The notes under the pieces were generated by a model that ran no database searches, was not told the DNA's origin, and saw nothing but the letters and a program-made list of their open reading frames with translations. The position numbers were made by a program, and so were the translations under genes. A DNA stretch of 64,000 nt, taken from assembly GCA_051313645.2 (NCBI GenBank), contig JBNRSN020000007.1:98766001-98830000 (forward strand), written 5' to 3'. The stretch comes from Centroscyllium fabricii. Its lineage: Eukaryota. Every line of letters begins with the position of its first letter. Position 1 is the stretch's first letter. Shown in pieces: positions 12,009 through 24,183 of this stretch.

Positions 12009-12836
12009 GGGCCCTGTTTTCCTGTGCTCCAGAGGAGCTGCACACTCACGAAGTGGGGTCAGAAATGCCCCGTGGGTGTGCAGCACAGGGGATGCCCACG
12101 AATGGTAATTTCCTGTGCTGATGGGCAAGGCCCGTCAGCTTCCAACGCAGGAAGACCTTGCACTGACGATTTCCTGTCAGAACGGTGATTTTTGGAGAGT
12201 GATTCTGTGTGCAACTGGCTCACAAGCTGCACATTTAAAAACCAGTAGTAAGGGGAGAAGATTTAGTTACTGAAGCAGGTAAGTTAATTTTTTAACTTAA
12301 ATTTTAATTTTTTACAGTTTTTGGGAGTAGTGTGGCCAGATCGGTAGCGTTAAATTTTTAAGTTAAAGTTTTTAAAAAAAAATTACAAATCCAATTTTAA
12401 GTTAATTTACCTGTTTCAAATTACTAATTTTTAAAGTTAAATTTCTGAAATTTTTAACTCTCTAGCTATTAAAAAATCTAAGAGGAAAAAATGGGAGACT
12501 TACCTTCCGTTTCTTCCTCTGAGAAGCTGCTGTGCCCGCGCTGCTCCTCCACCGAGTCTGTGAGTGCAGCTCCGCACTTCCCTGCTCTCACAAAGGTCCG
12601 ACTCGGGATCTGTTTATTTAAATTAGGGATCTGGGGGTGTTTTTTATTTAAATTTGGGATCTGTGGGCGGGGCTTACACTGCGCATCTAGCGTGGCTGGA
12701 CTGCCACGCAGCGCAGGAACGGGGAGGAACGGTTAGGAAATTGACGTTGAAACTTCTGTGCAATGTTGGTGCGTGAGATTAGGAGTCCCCAGGGTCCTAG
12801 CGCACGCACTAACCGGCACACAGGAAAACAGGGCCC
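12009..12836. mobile_element. Non-autonomous DNA transposon (MITE), probably ISL2EU/Harbinger-related
   Basis: TIR gggccctgttttcctgtg / cacaggaaaacagggccc; AT on both sides (TA or TTAA readings are also formally possible). Confidence 0.8.
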
Positions 12837-12854
12837 ATTAACTTTATTTTTAAA

Positions 12855-13059
12855 ATGGAGAGTAACGCAGTGAAACCGGACAGACTGGATATAAATCCAC
12901 AAGAACCAGACGCTGCTAACAATTTCGAACATTGGTTCGGCCTAGTCGAGGCCTACATGAAGGCCGCAAAGGCAACGAGCGATGGGGACAAACTGCAGGT
13001 CCTCTCGTCAAGAATCAGCAGCCTGGTGTACTCCTTCATCCGCGGCCTCACGACATACT
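12855..13059 (+). pseudogene. gag: Truncated gag of element A
   Basis: KPDRLDINPQEPDAANNFEHWFGLVEAY aligns by eye with D gag KPEKLDISPQDPAAPATFEHWFGLLEAY. Confidence 0.85.
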
Positions 13060-13156
13060 GCAAATACTGCCCATGCACAGAAATTTAAAGATATCGCGCA
13101 TTAAGAAAAACAGGCCACGCAGAACAAAGCGCAGCTAACCGGAAACATTGGAGATA

Positions 13157-14697
13157 GTCATTGCCTGGCACTTGTGTGGTGCGAATGTTACTGCCACTTA
13201 TCAGCCCAAGCCTGAATGTTAACCAGGTCTTGCTGCATGCGGGCATGGACTGTTTCATTATCTGAGGAGTTGCAAATGGCACTGAACACTGTGCAGTCAT
13301 CAGCGAACATCCCCACTTCTGACCTTAAGATGGAGGGAAGGTCATTGATGAAGCAGCTGAAGATGGTTGGGCCCAGGACAGTACCCTGAGGAACTCCATC
13401 AGCAAGCTCCTGGGGCTGAGATAATTAGCGTTCAACAACCACAACCATATTTCTTTGTGCTAGATATGACTCCAGCCAGTGGAGAGTTTTCCTCTGATTC
13501 CTATTGACTTCAATTTTATTAGGGCTCCTTGATGCCACACTCCGTCAAATGCTACCTTGATGTCAAGGGCAGTAACTCTCACCTCACTTCTAGAATTCAG
13601 CTCTTTTGTCCATGTTTGGACCAAGGCTGTAATGAGGTCTGGAGCTGAGTGGCCCTGCCAGAACCCGAACTGAACATTGGTGAGCAAGTTATTGGTGAGT
13701 AAGTGCCGCTTAATAGCACTGTCAGCGACACTTTCCATCACTTTGCTGATGATTGAGAGTAGGGTGATGGTGCAGTAATTGGCCGGATTGGATTTGTCCT
13801 GCTTTTTGAAGATAAGACATACCTGGGAACTTTTCCACTTTGTTGGATAGATGCCAATGTTGTAGCTGTACTGGAACAGCTTGGCTAGAGGTGCGGCTAG
13901 TTCTTCAGCACGACAGCCGGGATGTTGTTGGAGCCTTTCTTGTATCCAGTGCGCTCAGCTGTTTCTTGATATCACATGGAGTGAATTGAATTGGCTGAAG
14001 ACTGGCTTCTGTGAAGGTGGGGACCTCAGGAGGAAGCCAATATGAATCATCCACTCGGCACTTCTAGCTGAAGATGGTTGCAAACGCTTCAGCCTTTACT
14101 TTTGCACCCACGTGCTGGGCTCCACCATTATTGAGAATGAAGATTTTCATGGAGCCTCCTCCTCCTGTGAGTTAATTGTCCACCAGCATTCATGACTAGA
14201 TGTGCCAGAACTTCAGAGCTTTGATTTGATCCATTGGTTGTGGGATTGCTTAGCATGTCTATAGCATGCTGCTTCCACTGCTTTGCATGCATGTAGTCCT
14301 GTTTTGTCACTTCACCAGGTTGGCACCTCATTTTTAGGTACACCTGCTGCTGCTCCTGGCATGCTCTTCTACACTCCTCATTGATCCAGGGTTGGTCCCC
14401 TGGCTGGATGGTAATGGTAGAGTGAGGGATTACAGATTGTGGTGCTATACAATTTTGCTACTGCTGATGGCTCACAGCGCCTCATGAATGCCCAGTTTTG
14501 AGCTGCTAGATCTGAATCTATTCCATTTAGCACAGTGGTAGTGCCACACAACACGATGGAGGGTGTTCTCAGTGTGAAGACGAGGCTTCGTCTTCACAAG
14601 GATTGTGCAGTGGTCACTGCTACCAATACTGTCACGGACAGATGAATTTGCAACAGGTAGATTGGTGAGGATGAGGTCAAGTAGGTTTTTCCTCATT
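13157..14697 (-). mobile_element. Degenerate CR1-group LINE ORF2 (endonuclease end and RT)
   Basis: NLLDLILTN...SSDH (APE C-terminus) and QFGF..GHSAPDLIT..ALDIK.AFD.VWH (RT). Confidence 0.8.
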
Positions 14698-15317
14698 GCT
14701 GTGAGTCTGGAGTCACATATAGGCCAGACCGGGTAAGGGCAGCAGATTTTCTTCCCTAAAGGACATCAGTGAACTAGATGGGTTTTTATGACAATCATGG
14801 TCACCATTACTGATACAGGTTGAGCACCGTTAATCTGGCACGGCGGGACCAGGCCCGTGCTGGGAAAGTGAAAATCCCGAACGATTGAAGCGTCGGTGAG
14901 CGCATGCGCAGACCATTCAAAATGGCCGCTGCGAAAGGCTGGCGGCCATTTTGAGTGGTCTGCGCATGCGCTTGTCATTCGGGGAGGCCCAGGATCGGCT
15001 CGGAGAGGCCCAGCGAGGTTGGGCTCTGACGTATCGTCAAGGTCTTCAATTAAAAGAGTCGACGCGTAGTTACCGAAACTAAAGGCTTTTAATTACTAAA
15101 GAACGGAGCTACTCTCCAGACGAACTACTGTACAGGAATGGATGGAGCCTCGGTCAGACCACACCTATACCAGGGCCTCACCTGGGGGAGGAGTCGGGGG
15201 TGTGGCTGACCTGGCTCCCAACAGAGTCACAGTAAACAGGGCTGTGCCTAACATCTGCACAGCCCATCATTAGCCATGGTGATACAGTGGTATAACTGAT
15301 ATAGAACGGTTACCACA

Positions 15318-18300
15318 TTCACCCCTTCTTAAAAACTTTGAGTCCAGGGTGGGTGAATGGATTGAACAGTTCATAATTAATCTGTCCGGCGGTCGTGTCT
15401 GCCTGGAGGACCGCCGGCGCTCCGGTGTTGGCGGCGGTGCCTCCTGGGTCAAATGGTCCGCATCTGCCGGCGCTGTGACTTCAGGTGGCGGCGGGCTCGG
15501 CTGGTCCCCGCCGTCCGGGTCGTAGTCGGGGAAACTCGGGGGCCATCGTGCGATTGGTGGTTGGTCGGCCTGCTGGCCAGCAGGAGGCGCTGCGGTGGTG
15601 TTTCCGGCCGGGGCCAGGTCCCTGATGGACACGGTGTCCTCACGCCCGTCCGGGAACTGCACGAAGGCGTAGTGCGGGTTTGCGTGTAGGAGCTGTACCA
15701 TGTCCACCAGGGGGTCCATCTTGTGGTTCCGGACATGCCTTTTAAGCAAAACCGGCCCCGGAGTCGTCAGCCATGGAGGAAGAGCTGTCCCCGAAGTCGA
15801 CCTCCTGTTAAAAGAAAAAATCAGATCGTGCGGGGTGGCGTTAGTGGCAGTACACAACAGTGAGCGAATAGAGTGCAGCGCGTCTGGGAGGACTGCCTGC
15901 CAATGGGACACTGGAAGGCCTCTGGACTTGAGGGTCAGGGTGACCGCCTTCCAGATGATCCCATTCTCCCTTTCTACCTGGCCGTTCCTCCGGGGGTTAT
16001 AACTGGTCATTCTGCTCGTAGCAACCCCTCTCTGGAGCAGAAACTGGCGCAGTTCATCGCTCATGAACGATGACCCCCCGGTCGCTATGGATGTAGCTGG
16101 GGAGACCGAAAATGGCGAACAGCGCGGTGAAGTGTTTGATCACCGTTGCGCTCGTCATGTCTGGGCAGGGGAAGGCGAATGGGAAGCGTGAAAACTCATC
16201 CACTACCGTGAGGAAGTATGAGTTGCGGTCGGTGGAAGGGAGGGGGCCTTTGAAGTCCACGCTGAGACGTTCAAAGGGGCGGGTGACCTTAATGAGGTGC
16301 GCCGTGTCTGGCCGGAAAAAGTGGGGTTTGCACTCGGCGCAGACAGGGCACTCCCGGGTCATAGCCTTGATCTCCGTAATGGAGTAGGGGAGGCTACGAG
16401 ATTTGACGAAATGGGCGAGTCTGGTGACACCCGGGTGGCAAAGGCGGTCGTGGAGGTCCTTCAGCCGGTCTAGCTGGGCACTGGCGCACGGTCCCCTGGA
16501 CAGTGCGTCCGGGGGTTCGTTGAGTTTGCCTGGTCGGTAAAGAATGTCGTACTCGTAAGTCGAGAGTTCGATCCGCCACCGCAGGATCTTATCATTCTTG
16601 ATTTTACCCCGTTGTTTATTATTAAACATAAACGCCGTTGGTCGGTGAGCAGGGTAAAACGCTTACCGGCCAGGTAATGACGCCAGTAGCGCACGGCCTC
16701 CACGATGGCCTGGGCCTCCTTTTCCACTGCTGAGTGGTGAGTTTCGGGTCCCTGTAAGGTGCGGGAGAAAAACGCTACGGGCCTGCCTGCCTGATTCAGG
16801 GTGGCAGCAAGGGCGAAGTCCGAAGCGTCACTCTCCACCTGGAAAGGGATTGGTTCATCAACAGCGAGCATGGTCGCCTTGATAATATCTTCCTTTATCC
16901 CTGCGAATGCCGTTTGGGCTTCTACAGAAAGGGGGAAGACGGCAGCCTTGAGGAGTGGTCTAGCCTTATCTGCGAACTGTGGGACCCATTGTGCATAATA
17001 GGAGAAAAATCCTAGACATCTCCTCAAGGCTTTGGGGTTGTGAGGTAGGGGCAGTTCTTGCAAGGGTCGCATACGCTGTGGGTCGGGGCCGAGGAGCCCG
17101 TTTTCCACCACGTATCCGAGGATGGCGAGCCGGGCTGTATTAAAGACACATTTGTCTTTGTTATACGTGAGATCCAGCTTAGCCGCCGTGGCGAGAAATT
17201 TTGCTAGATTGGCATCGTGGTCCTGCTGGTCGTGGCCGCAGATGGTCACGTTGTCCAGGTAAGGGAAGGTGGCCTGCAAGTCGTTTTGGTCAACCATACG
17301 GTCCATCTCCCGTTGGAACACTGACACTCCGTTGGTCACGCCAAAGGGGACCCGGAGGAAGTGGTAGAGCCGACCGTTCGCCTCGAAGGCGGTGTAGGGG
17401 CGGTCAGCTTTCCGAATCGGGAGCTGATGATACGCCGTTTTAAGGTCGATCGTAGAGAACACCTTGTACTGGGCGATCTGATTGACCATTTCTGAGATGC
17501 GGGGAAGGGGGTAGGCGTCGAGCCCGGTGTAGCGGTTGATAGTCTGGCTGTAATCGATAACCAGCCGCTGTATTTCGCCAGACTTCACCACTACAACTTG
17601 GGCGCGCCAGGGGCTGGTGCTGGCTTCAATTATCCCCTCCTTCAGCATCCGCCCGACCTCCGACCTGATAAACGTGCGAGCCCCCTCACTGTACTGCTGA
17701 CTCTTAGTGGCAATGGGTTTGCACTTCGGATCGAGGTTGGCAAACAGCGAGGGGGGGTCGATTTTCAGGGTGGAGAGGCCGCAGGCCGGGCTCCGCTTTG
17801 GGAGGAGATTGTCCCGGCTACTGACGGTGAGGGGGGGTAAGGTCCCGCCGAACTCCATTGTCACACTCCTGAAGTGGCACTGGAAATCCAAACCTAGTAA
17901 GGCTGGGGCACACAACTGTTGGAGGGTATACAATTTAAAATTACGGTACACGCGTCCCTTGATGGTGAGCGCGACGGAGCAGTAGGCGGTGATGTCCGCG
18001 GTGTGGGACTGTGAAGCTAGGGAGACTTGGTAGTTGGTGGGCAGGACCTGCAGTCCGCAGCGCCGCACTGTATCAGGGTGAATGAAACTCTCAGTGCTGC
18101 CTGTGTCGAAAAGGCAGTCAACAGTATGCTCATTAATGCTAATCGGTATTATTGAGTTAGACAGGGTATGGGGCCTGCCCTGGCTAACTCTGATTCTAGC
18201 TGCCGCAGCCCCTGCTGATCGGGGCTGTGTACAAGATGGCGTCGCCCCTGGCTCGCACATGGAGGGGTCCTGGGTACAAGATGGCGGCGCCCCTGGCTCG

Positions 18301-19616
18301 CACATGGAGGGGCCCTGGATACAAGATGGCGTCGCCCCTGGCCCGCAGCTGGTGGGGCCCCGTATACAAGATGGCGTCGCCCCTGGCTCGCACATGGAGG
18401 GGCCCTGGATACAAGATGGCGTCGCTCCTGGCCCGCAGCTGGTGGGGCCCCGTATACAAGATGGCGCCGCCCCTGGCTCGCACATGGAGGGGCTCTGGTT
18501 GCAAAATGGCGTTTCTGAGGGGACGCACGCGGTGGGGCCTTGTGAACGCGCTGGCGGCGCCCGTGATTCGCACGCAGCGAACCGCGGTGATCGGGTTGGC
18601 GGTGCCCATGATTCGCACGCAGCGGGCCGCGGTGATCGGGTTGGCGGTGCCTGTGATTCGCACGCAGCCGGCCGCGTTGGGGGGTCGCGCTTGGCCGGCC
18701 TTTGCTGCATCAGGGTGGGGGATGGGGGCGCTTGTTGTTTACCCCCGTACCGTCGCTGGATCGCGCTGCTATTGCAGCTTACCTGGTGTCTGTCGGTGCT
18801 CTCACAGGCTGCACTGTTGTACCTTGAGTTGGGCGCTGCTGGAGCTGATCTGCAGGCTTTAGCGTAGTGTCCCTTCTTTGCACACTTCTCGCAGGTCGCT
18901 GTCCTGGCTGGGCATTTCGCTCTAGGGTGCAGTCCCTAGCTGCAGAAGTAACAGCGCTTGCTTTTAACGTCTTTAATGTCTTTAGTGGCCGTCGCGGCCA
19001 TCGTGGGGGCCCCGGCCCGTGGCGCCCAGGCCTGGGCCTGTTGTGGCGCGGCCCATATGTTGTAGGCTTGCGGGTTAGTGCCGCTGTATGCCTGTAACTT
19101 GCTACGGGCCCCCTCTACCGATTTGGCTAACGTAGTCGCCTCCTCGAGGGTTAAATTGTCTCTCTCTAGTAGCCGCTGGCGGGCTTCCACACACCTCAGT
19201 CCTGTGACATAAGCGTCCCGAACGAGGAGTTCTTCCTCCTCTGCAACAGTTGTGCCTTTGCAGCCACAGGCCCGTACCAGGGCCAGGAGCGCTTGCTCAA
19301 ACTCCTCATTTGACTCACCCGGTAGCTGAGGTCTGGTCGCCAGCACATGTCGGGCGTAGACCGAATGGACTGGGCGCACGTAACATTTCTTCAGGATTAG
19401 TATAGTCCTTTCGTAGGTTGAGGCGTTCCTGACGAGGGTGAATACCCTGCTGGAGATTTTTGATCGCAGGACATGTAGCATGTCCTTGTCTGATGTAGCC
19501 TCGGCGGCTTCCATGTAGGCCTCCAGAAGGCCGAACCAGTGTTCGAAGGTAGCGGGAGCAGCAGGGTCCTGGGGACTGATGTCCAGCTTCTCAGGTTTAA
19601 CTGTGCTGCTATCCAT
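15318..19616 (-). pseudogene. gag-pol: gag-pol of element D, originally a single ORF (TAG at 18936, frameshifts near 16635 and 16075)
   Basis: ORF 18936..19616 is in frame with 16470..18710; protease FDTGS, RT YLDN, RNase H and integrase motifs; tandem arrays at about 18230-18670. Confidence 0.9.
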
Positions 19617-19767
19617 TTTAAAATAATTTAGTAATTAAAATTGACGTATCGTCAAGGTCTTCAATTAAAAGAGTCGACACGTAGTTACCGAAACTAAAGG
19701 CTTTTAATTACTAAAGAACGGAGCTACTCTCCAGACGAACTACTGTACAGGAATGGATGGAGCCTCA

Positions 19768-21181
19768 TGTAAGGGGTTTGGCAGCCGGCCTTCTCCAGGC
19801 TCGACCTAGAGTCCCTGCACCTTGCCTTGGTCCCGCGACCAGGCCTCGCACACCGGGTCCCTGTGAGCGGTTCGAAACGCTCCCCCCTACGGTTCTCGAC
19901 ACTGGGCTTATGTACAGGAGTTGTGATAGTGTAGGTAATTCCTGCCAGAACAGAGTTCCAAGAGACCAGAGATGTGATGTTTAAAACACAGTTCTTTATT
20001 ACACATTCAATACTTTACAAAAGTAGAACCAAACGTTAATCATTGTTAAAACAGGATGGAGAGGGTACGACACAACGTAACATTGGGCAAACATTAAACA
20101 GCTACACCCCAATATGCTTCCACGACACCCACCCTCCACTTCCTACACTATCCTATGTCCAGACGTGCAGAAGCGGAACACCATACTCACCATGGGCTAT
20201 GTTTACTGGGGGTTCGGGGTTCGTTGGTTGCACCTCCTTCGTCCTTCGATTAGGTAGCTGTGGAAGGGGCTCTCTCTCTCTCTCGCTCTTCCGCCTTCCT
20301 GGCTTCCTGGCACCGACTTCTGATGCAGGCAAGCACTTTTCTAGCTGATCTCTAACCGAGTGCACCTTTCTTTCTGGTTCAGACCTCCACTGCTTCTCTC
20401 CAGCTCTTACTTTTAAATCGATACTGTTACTGTTTCTGGCTATTAACTGCCATCAGCTCTTTGCTTGAGCTCTCGTTCTTCAGTTCGTCAGCCTGTTAGC
20501 TTCCTAGCTCATCAGTTACCCTCTGTCCGACTCCCTCTGTCCGTTGTGTTTTCTTAGTTCAAAACCCTGGGCCGTTATACCCCCGCACCTCGCGCTTATC
20601 TGCGCGCCAGATCTAGCGTGCCCTTTTGTCTTTAAGTGAGGTTAGATCTGTTCTTTTCTGTTCTGATGGTCGCCTAACAGACTGGTAATCTCCTGACCAC
20701 CTGTAAACGTTTTTCCTGTTAAGCGATCTCTGTGCATAAGCTTTTTCCCATCACCTGCCCTCGGGTTTCTATGGGCCTTTTGTTTTAGTTGACGAGGTTA
20801 CCTCGGTGCCCTTTGTCCATCTGCTGGACACCGGCGCCTCCCAGTCTGGGGACTCGATCTCGTTATGTGGGCTATTCATGACCAATATCCAAAGTCTATC
20901 TGGTCATGATTTTGCAGAAAATGTGTGTGTGGGGCTGTTTTAGCTTCACTCTGCCAGGCTGATCACGTGGTCGGCGAAGCCATTTTGTGGCCCCTGCTTG
21001 TGTCTGGTTTTCTTTTAAAAGTCTCTGGCTATGGCCCTTTTCCCTGGTACAGAGCCACATCTCCATACCCAGGGTGCCCCCACATTATCGGTTTTAACAA
21101 AAGCATGTTGCTTGCAGTTCTGTGTTATGAAAAGTGTTGATAGTAGTTCTGGATCCGGGAAACATCAGCTCAAATCTTACA
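19768..21181 (-). repeat. 3' LTR of the gag/env element
   Basis: Direct repeat of 26909-28322; minus-strand TATAA near 20577 and AATAAA near 19997. Confidence 0.95.
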
Positions 21182-21604
21182 GTCCCTCCTGTTTGATTCC
21201 ACACACCCCAATGTGTTGCAATCAAATTAAATTACGGTTGAGCTATGTTTTCCCGGTTGTCCACGTCCAGACCCCCACTATTTTACCTAAACTAGTGCCC
21301 AAGTACTTAACGTACAGTCCCCATCTTTCAGGCCGACCTATACATTACTGCCTTCCCGGGTCACTATATACACATAAACATTCCCCAGATTTGTGCCCGT
21401 CTTTCAAAACTTACACCCCTTTTCCTCGGCTGATGCCGTCCACCAACCGTCCTCCTGTCGGTGATCGTTTTATTGGGGCACAAAGATCAATACATACACC
21501 ACAAAAAGAAAATACCTTCAAAACTTAAACGTAAATATCTATACAGTGTTTTCAATGAGACTCTCTCACAGAGAGGTAAAATTGGAGGTGACTTCTTCCC
21601 CATG

Positions 21605-24079
21605 TCAGCAGCTTGTCTCTGCCTCCGGTTCGTCCGCCCTGACGTACCGGTCCCTCCATTCCCCTCTGCCTATCCGGCTGCGAAGCCGCTGTCTCCCTCT
21701 GCACTGTCCACATATTAAATAGGACACTATAAAAGCTTGCACCACCACTAACACGTGTGATGCAATTCTAACCCAAGATGGGACTTCTATATTATTGAAC
21801 AGGTCCCACCACGGGGGAACCACTATCTCCAATATGTCTGCCCCAATCTTATCTGTCTTCTGTTCCAGGGTGTAAAAATGCTTTTGCGATACGGCAACTG
21901 CTTTTAAAAGTGTTGTGAGGTGTTCGGGGAGAGGGGGTATGGCATACCCAAAATGCGCCACAAAGTGCTGCAGGTTGGTGAAATTCTCCCTTACAGTGAT
22001 GTGAACCGTGGAGGGTTCAGGTATGGGGACGATTCGCAGCTGTGCCACTTGAACCTCTGCCTGTGGTTTAAAACAGAAGCTGCTGTCACTCACCGGACAT
22101 AGGCCATGCTGCCCGTGTCGGTAGTGTTGCGCTGCAGTGGTAATACAGTAAGTACCACCCCCTATGTATGCCACCTGTGGAGGGACATGGTCCTGTGCCA
22201 TCGCCTCCATAGTGCAATTCATAGGCTTCGCGCCAACAGCCCTGAACCCACACTACTGTACCCGCAAGACATTCAAGTGCTGGGGACACAATATTATGTG
22301 TGCTCCCCTGCTCCGGCACCCCGAGAGGTCTGTACCTGTCATCGACTGCTCCCAGCGGACAACATACGGTGGGACCTCTGCGTAGCGAACGTGTACTCCC
22401 CCCTGAATGACTCCGATGTTCTCCACCCTGTATACCGGTGCGGGCCTTGCCGTCTTGCCCAACACCGGCATCCGTACCACCACTCCCATGACCGTGTAAT
22501 TAGAACGCCCACAGTCAATGGGAACCGGGTACGCCTCTGACGCCAACCTGAGCTGACACGGTGTAAGCGCGTTCTGAAAAGGCTGCAGTGCTTGGAGGTG
22601 TTTGTTACTGATCCAGGACGGGACCAACCCTTGCTTCAGGTCCTCAAGGTTGCTGCGGCCCTCGCCCAGCAACCACGCCCCGTACAGAACGCACACCTCG
22701 TTCTGCGCAGCCTGGTCAGAAGCGTTCCGATCTTCCTTGATCAGAGCGTTCACCGTGCTCGCGTGTCTTTCTAATTCCGCGATTATCTCGCGCAGGTGCA
22801 GTGTCATCGCCTGGTCCTCATGGAGCTCCGACCCGACGACCTTGTTCTCCTCCGTGAGGATGTCCTTCAACTGCGACTTTAAACCGTTTATCTGGGTCTG
22901 CAGCTCCATGGTGTCGAGAGCGTTGACCACAGAGGCTCCGGTGTTAAAGCCCGTGAACACATCATTCACTACACCCCTCTTTTGTCTCCCCGTTTGGCCC
23001 CATGTCTCTGGCCCTTGGCGGTACAGGCTTGCCTTGTCTACACTGGCCAGGTCAAATTCGTAAAACTGCCTGTACATATTTGCCAGCAGCACCTGATATA
23101 ACCTTTCGGTCTCCTTGGGGCACCACTCCGGCAACCTTACCTCGGTGAGGTTTAAAATCACCGAGGCCACCGTGTAGTGCACCCCCTGGTATAATACCTG
23201 GCCACCCTGGCCATTCTCGGGCCCCCGTGTAGTCTTGGGGCACCCACCCTCCTGTGCTGCTGCCCGCCTCGGTGTGGGAGGTGTTGTGCGTGGTCGGGTG
23301 ACGAGTTCAGTGGCGTTAACTGGGCTCGGGGAAAATGGGACCCCACAGGCTTGTGAGCTAACATCCCACCTCATCCCCTTACCACCATCTTGCCACTGCT
23401 GGTGGAAAAATATGCTGTTCCCTGTGGGGCACAAATACCTGGAACCCCACATACACACATAAATTCCCTCATCAGGCTCCCACCACTTGTCCCAACAGAC
23501 ACTCAAACTTTCATTAGTCCCAAAGACTGTCCTGTGAGTGTTGTTGTCCAGCTTTTCCCAATTCACGGTTGAGTTGGCCATGGTCCGGCTGGTTTTACGT
23601 AGCCACCACCTCAACCGGGTGTCGACCTTTCCGGTGCACCTCAGGCAAATCCTCTTGCCGGCCGTGACGCTGATCTTCTGGGCGACGATCTTCACTTTTG
23701 GGCACAATAACTCAGTGTCCCTGAAGAAAAATCCTGGGGTGCCGAGATACTCAGAAGCGTTCGATCCCAGCCACCCTGGCCATCGCCCCTGGTGGAAGAA
23801 AACGGCAGCTCCTTCGGTTGTCCGTTGTCCCGTCCCATCGGTCGCGGTAGGCGCGGTGCTTCCCGAACATCCGTATACCACGATGTCCTGGGTGCGGCCC
23901 CGATAGGCCCACCCGCATCCGATCGCCAGGAAGATGATTCCCCATCTTAGTGCCTCGTTCGGTTCCTGAAACAGATAACGTTGGTATAGCCAGCCTCTCC
24001 AAGAGCGCTTGGCTGTGTTAAAGACCCATGCTTGGGTCTGATGACCCCAGCCCGTACCCCGCATCTGCACCCTGGACAC
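21605..24079 (-). CDS. env: Envelope / class I fusion glycoprotein, about 820 codons with one in-frame TAG at 22253-22255
   Basis: ORFs 22253..24079 and 21605..22222 share a frame; signal-like WGIIFLAIGCGWA; Ig-like C..W..DEGIYVC; furin site RQKR; fusion-peptide-like GVVNDVFTGFNTGASVVNAL; heptad repeat; Cys-rich ectodomain; TM IASHVLVVVQAFIVSYLIC. Confidence 0.85.
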
Positions 24080-24183
24080 ATTGCCCCTTTTACCTAACCC
24101 AGTAAAATATAACTTAACTTACCACTAAACTTCTTAAAACTACCTAGCCTATAATACAGCGCCGCCCTTCCAAGGCGGCCAGG

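Larger units (their letters stand above)
2314..13059 (+). mobile_element. Gypsy element A (YLDN family): 5' LTR (2314-2590 plus 11997-12000) and gag start, 3'-truncated; contains element B and a MITE
   Basis: LTR tgaggtaaccg...gatac|gtca is split by element B; AT-rich leader then gag MESNAVKPDRLDINPQ (12855), homologous to gag of elements C, D, E; no 3' LTR seen. Confidence 0.8.

Noticed and set aside
18936-18938. Readthrough stop in element D gag
   Set aside because: The TAG falls inside the zinc knuckle where C has a sense codon; it is a simple nonsense mutation.
19764-19767. Non-integrase insertion of the gag/env element, suggested by mismatched flanks ctca / gtcg
   Set aside because: Each flank is one change from the empty-site ctcg (one at a CpG) and spacing fits a 4-bp TSD; treated as a decayed TSD, though two changes is more than LTR divergence predicts.
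20043-20365. ORFs duplicated at 27184-27506 as possible LTR-encoded accessory genes
   Set aside because: Short, non-ATG starts, no motifs; duplication only reflects LTR identity.
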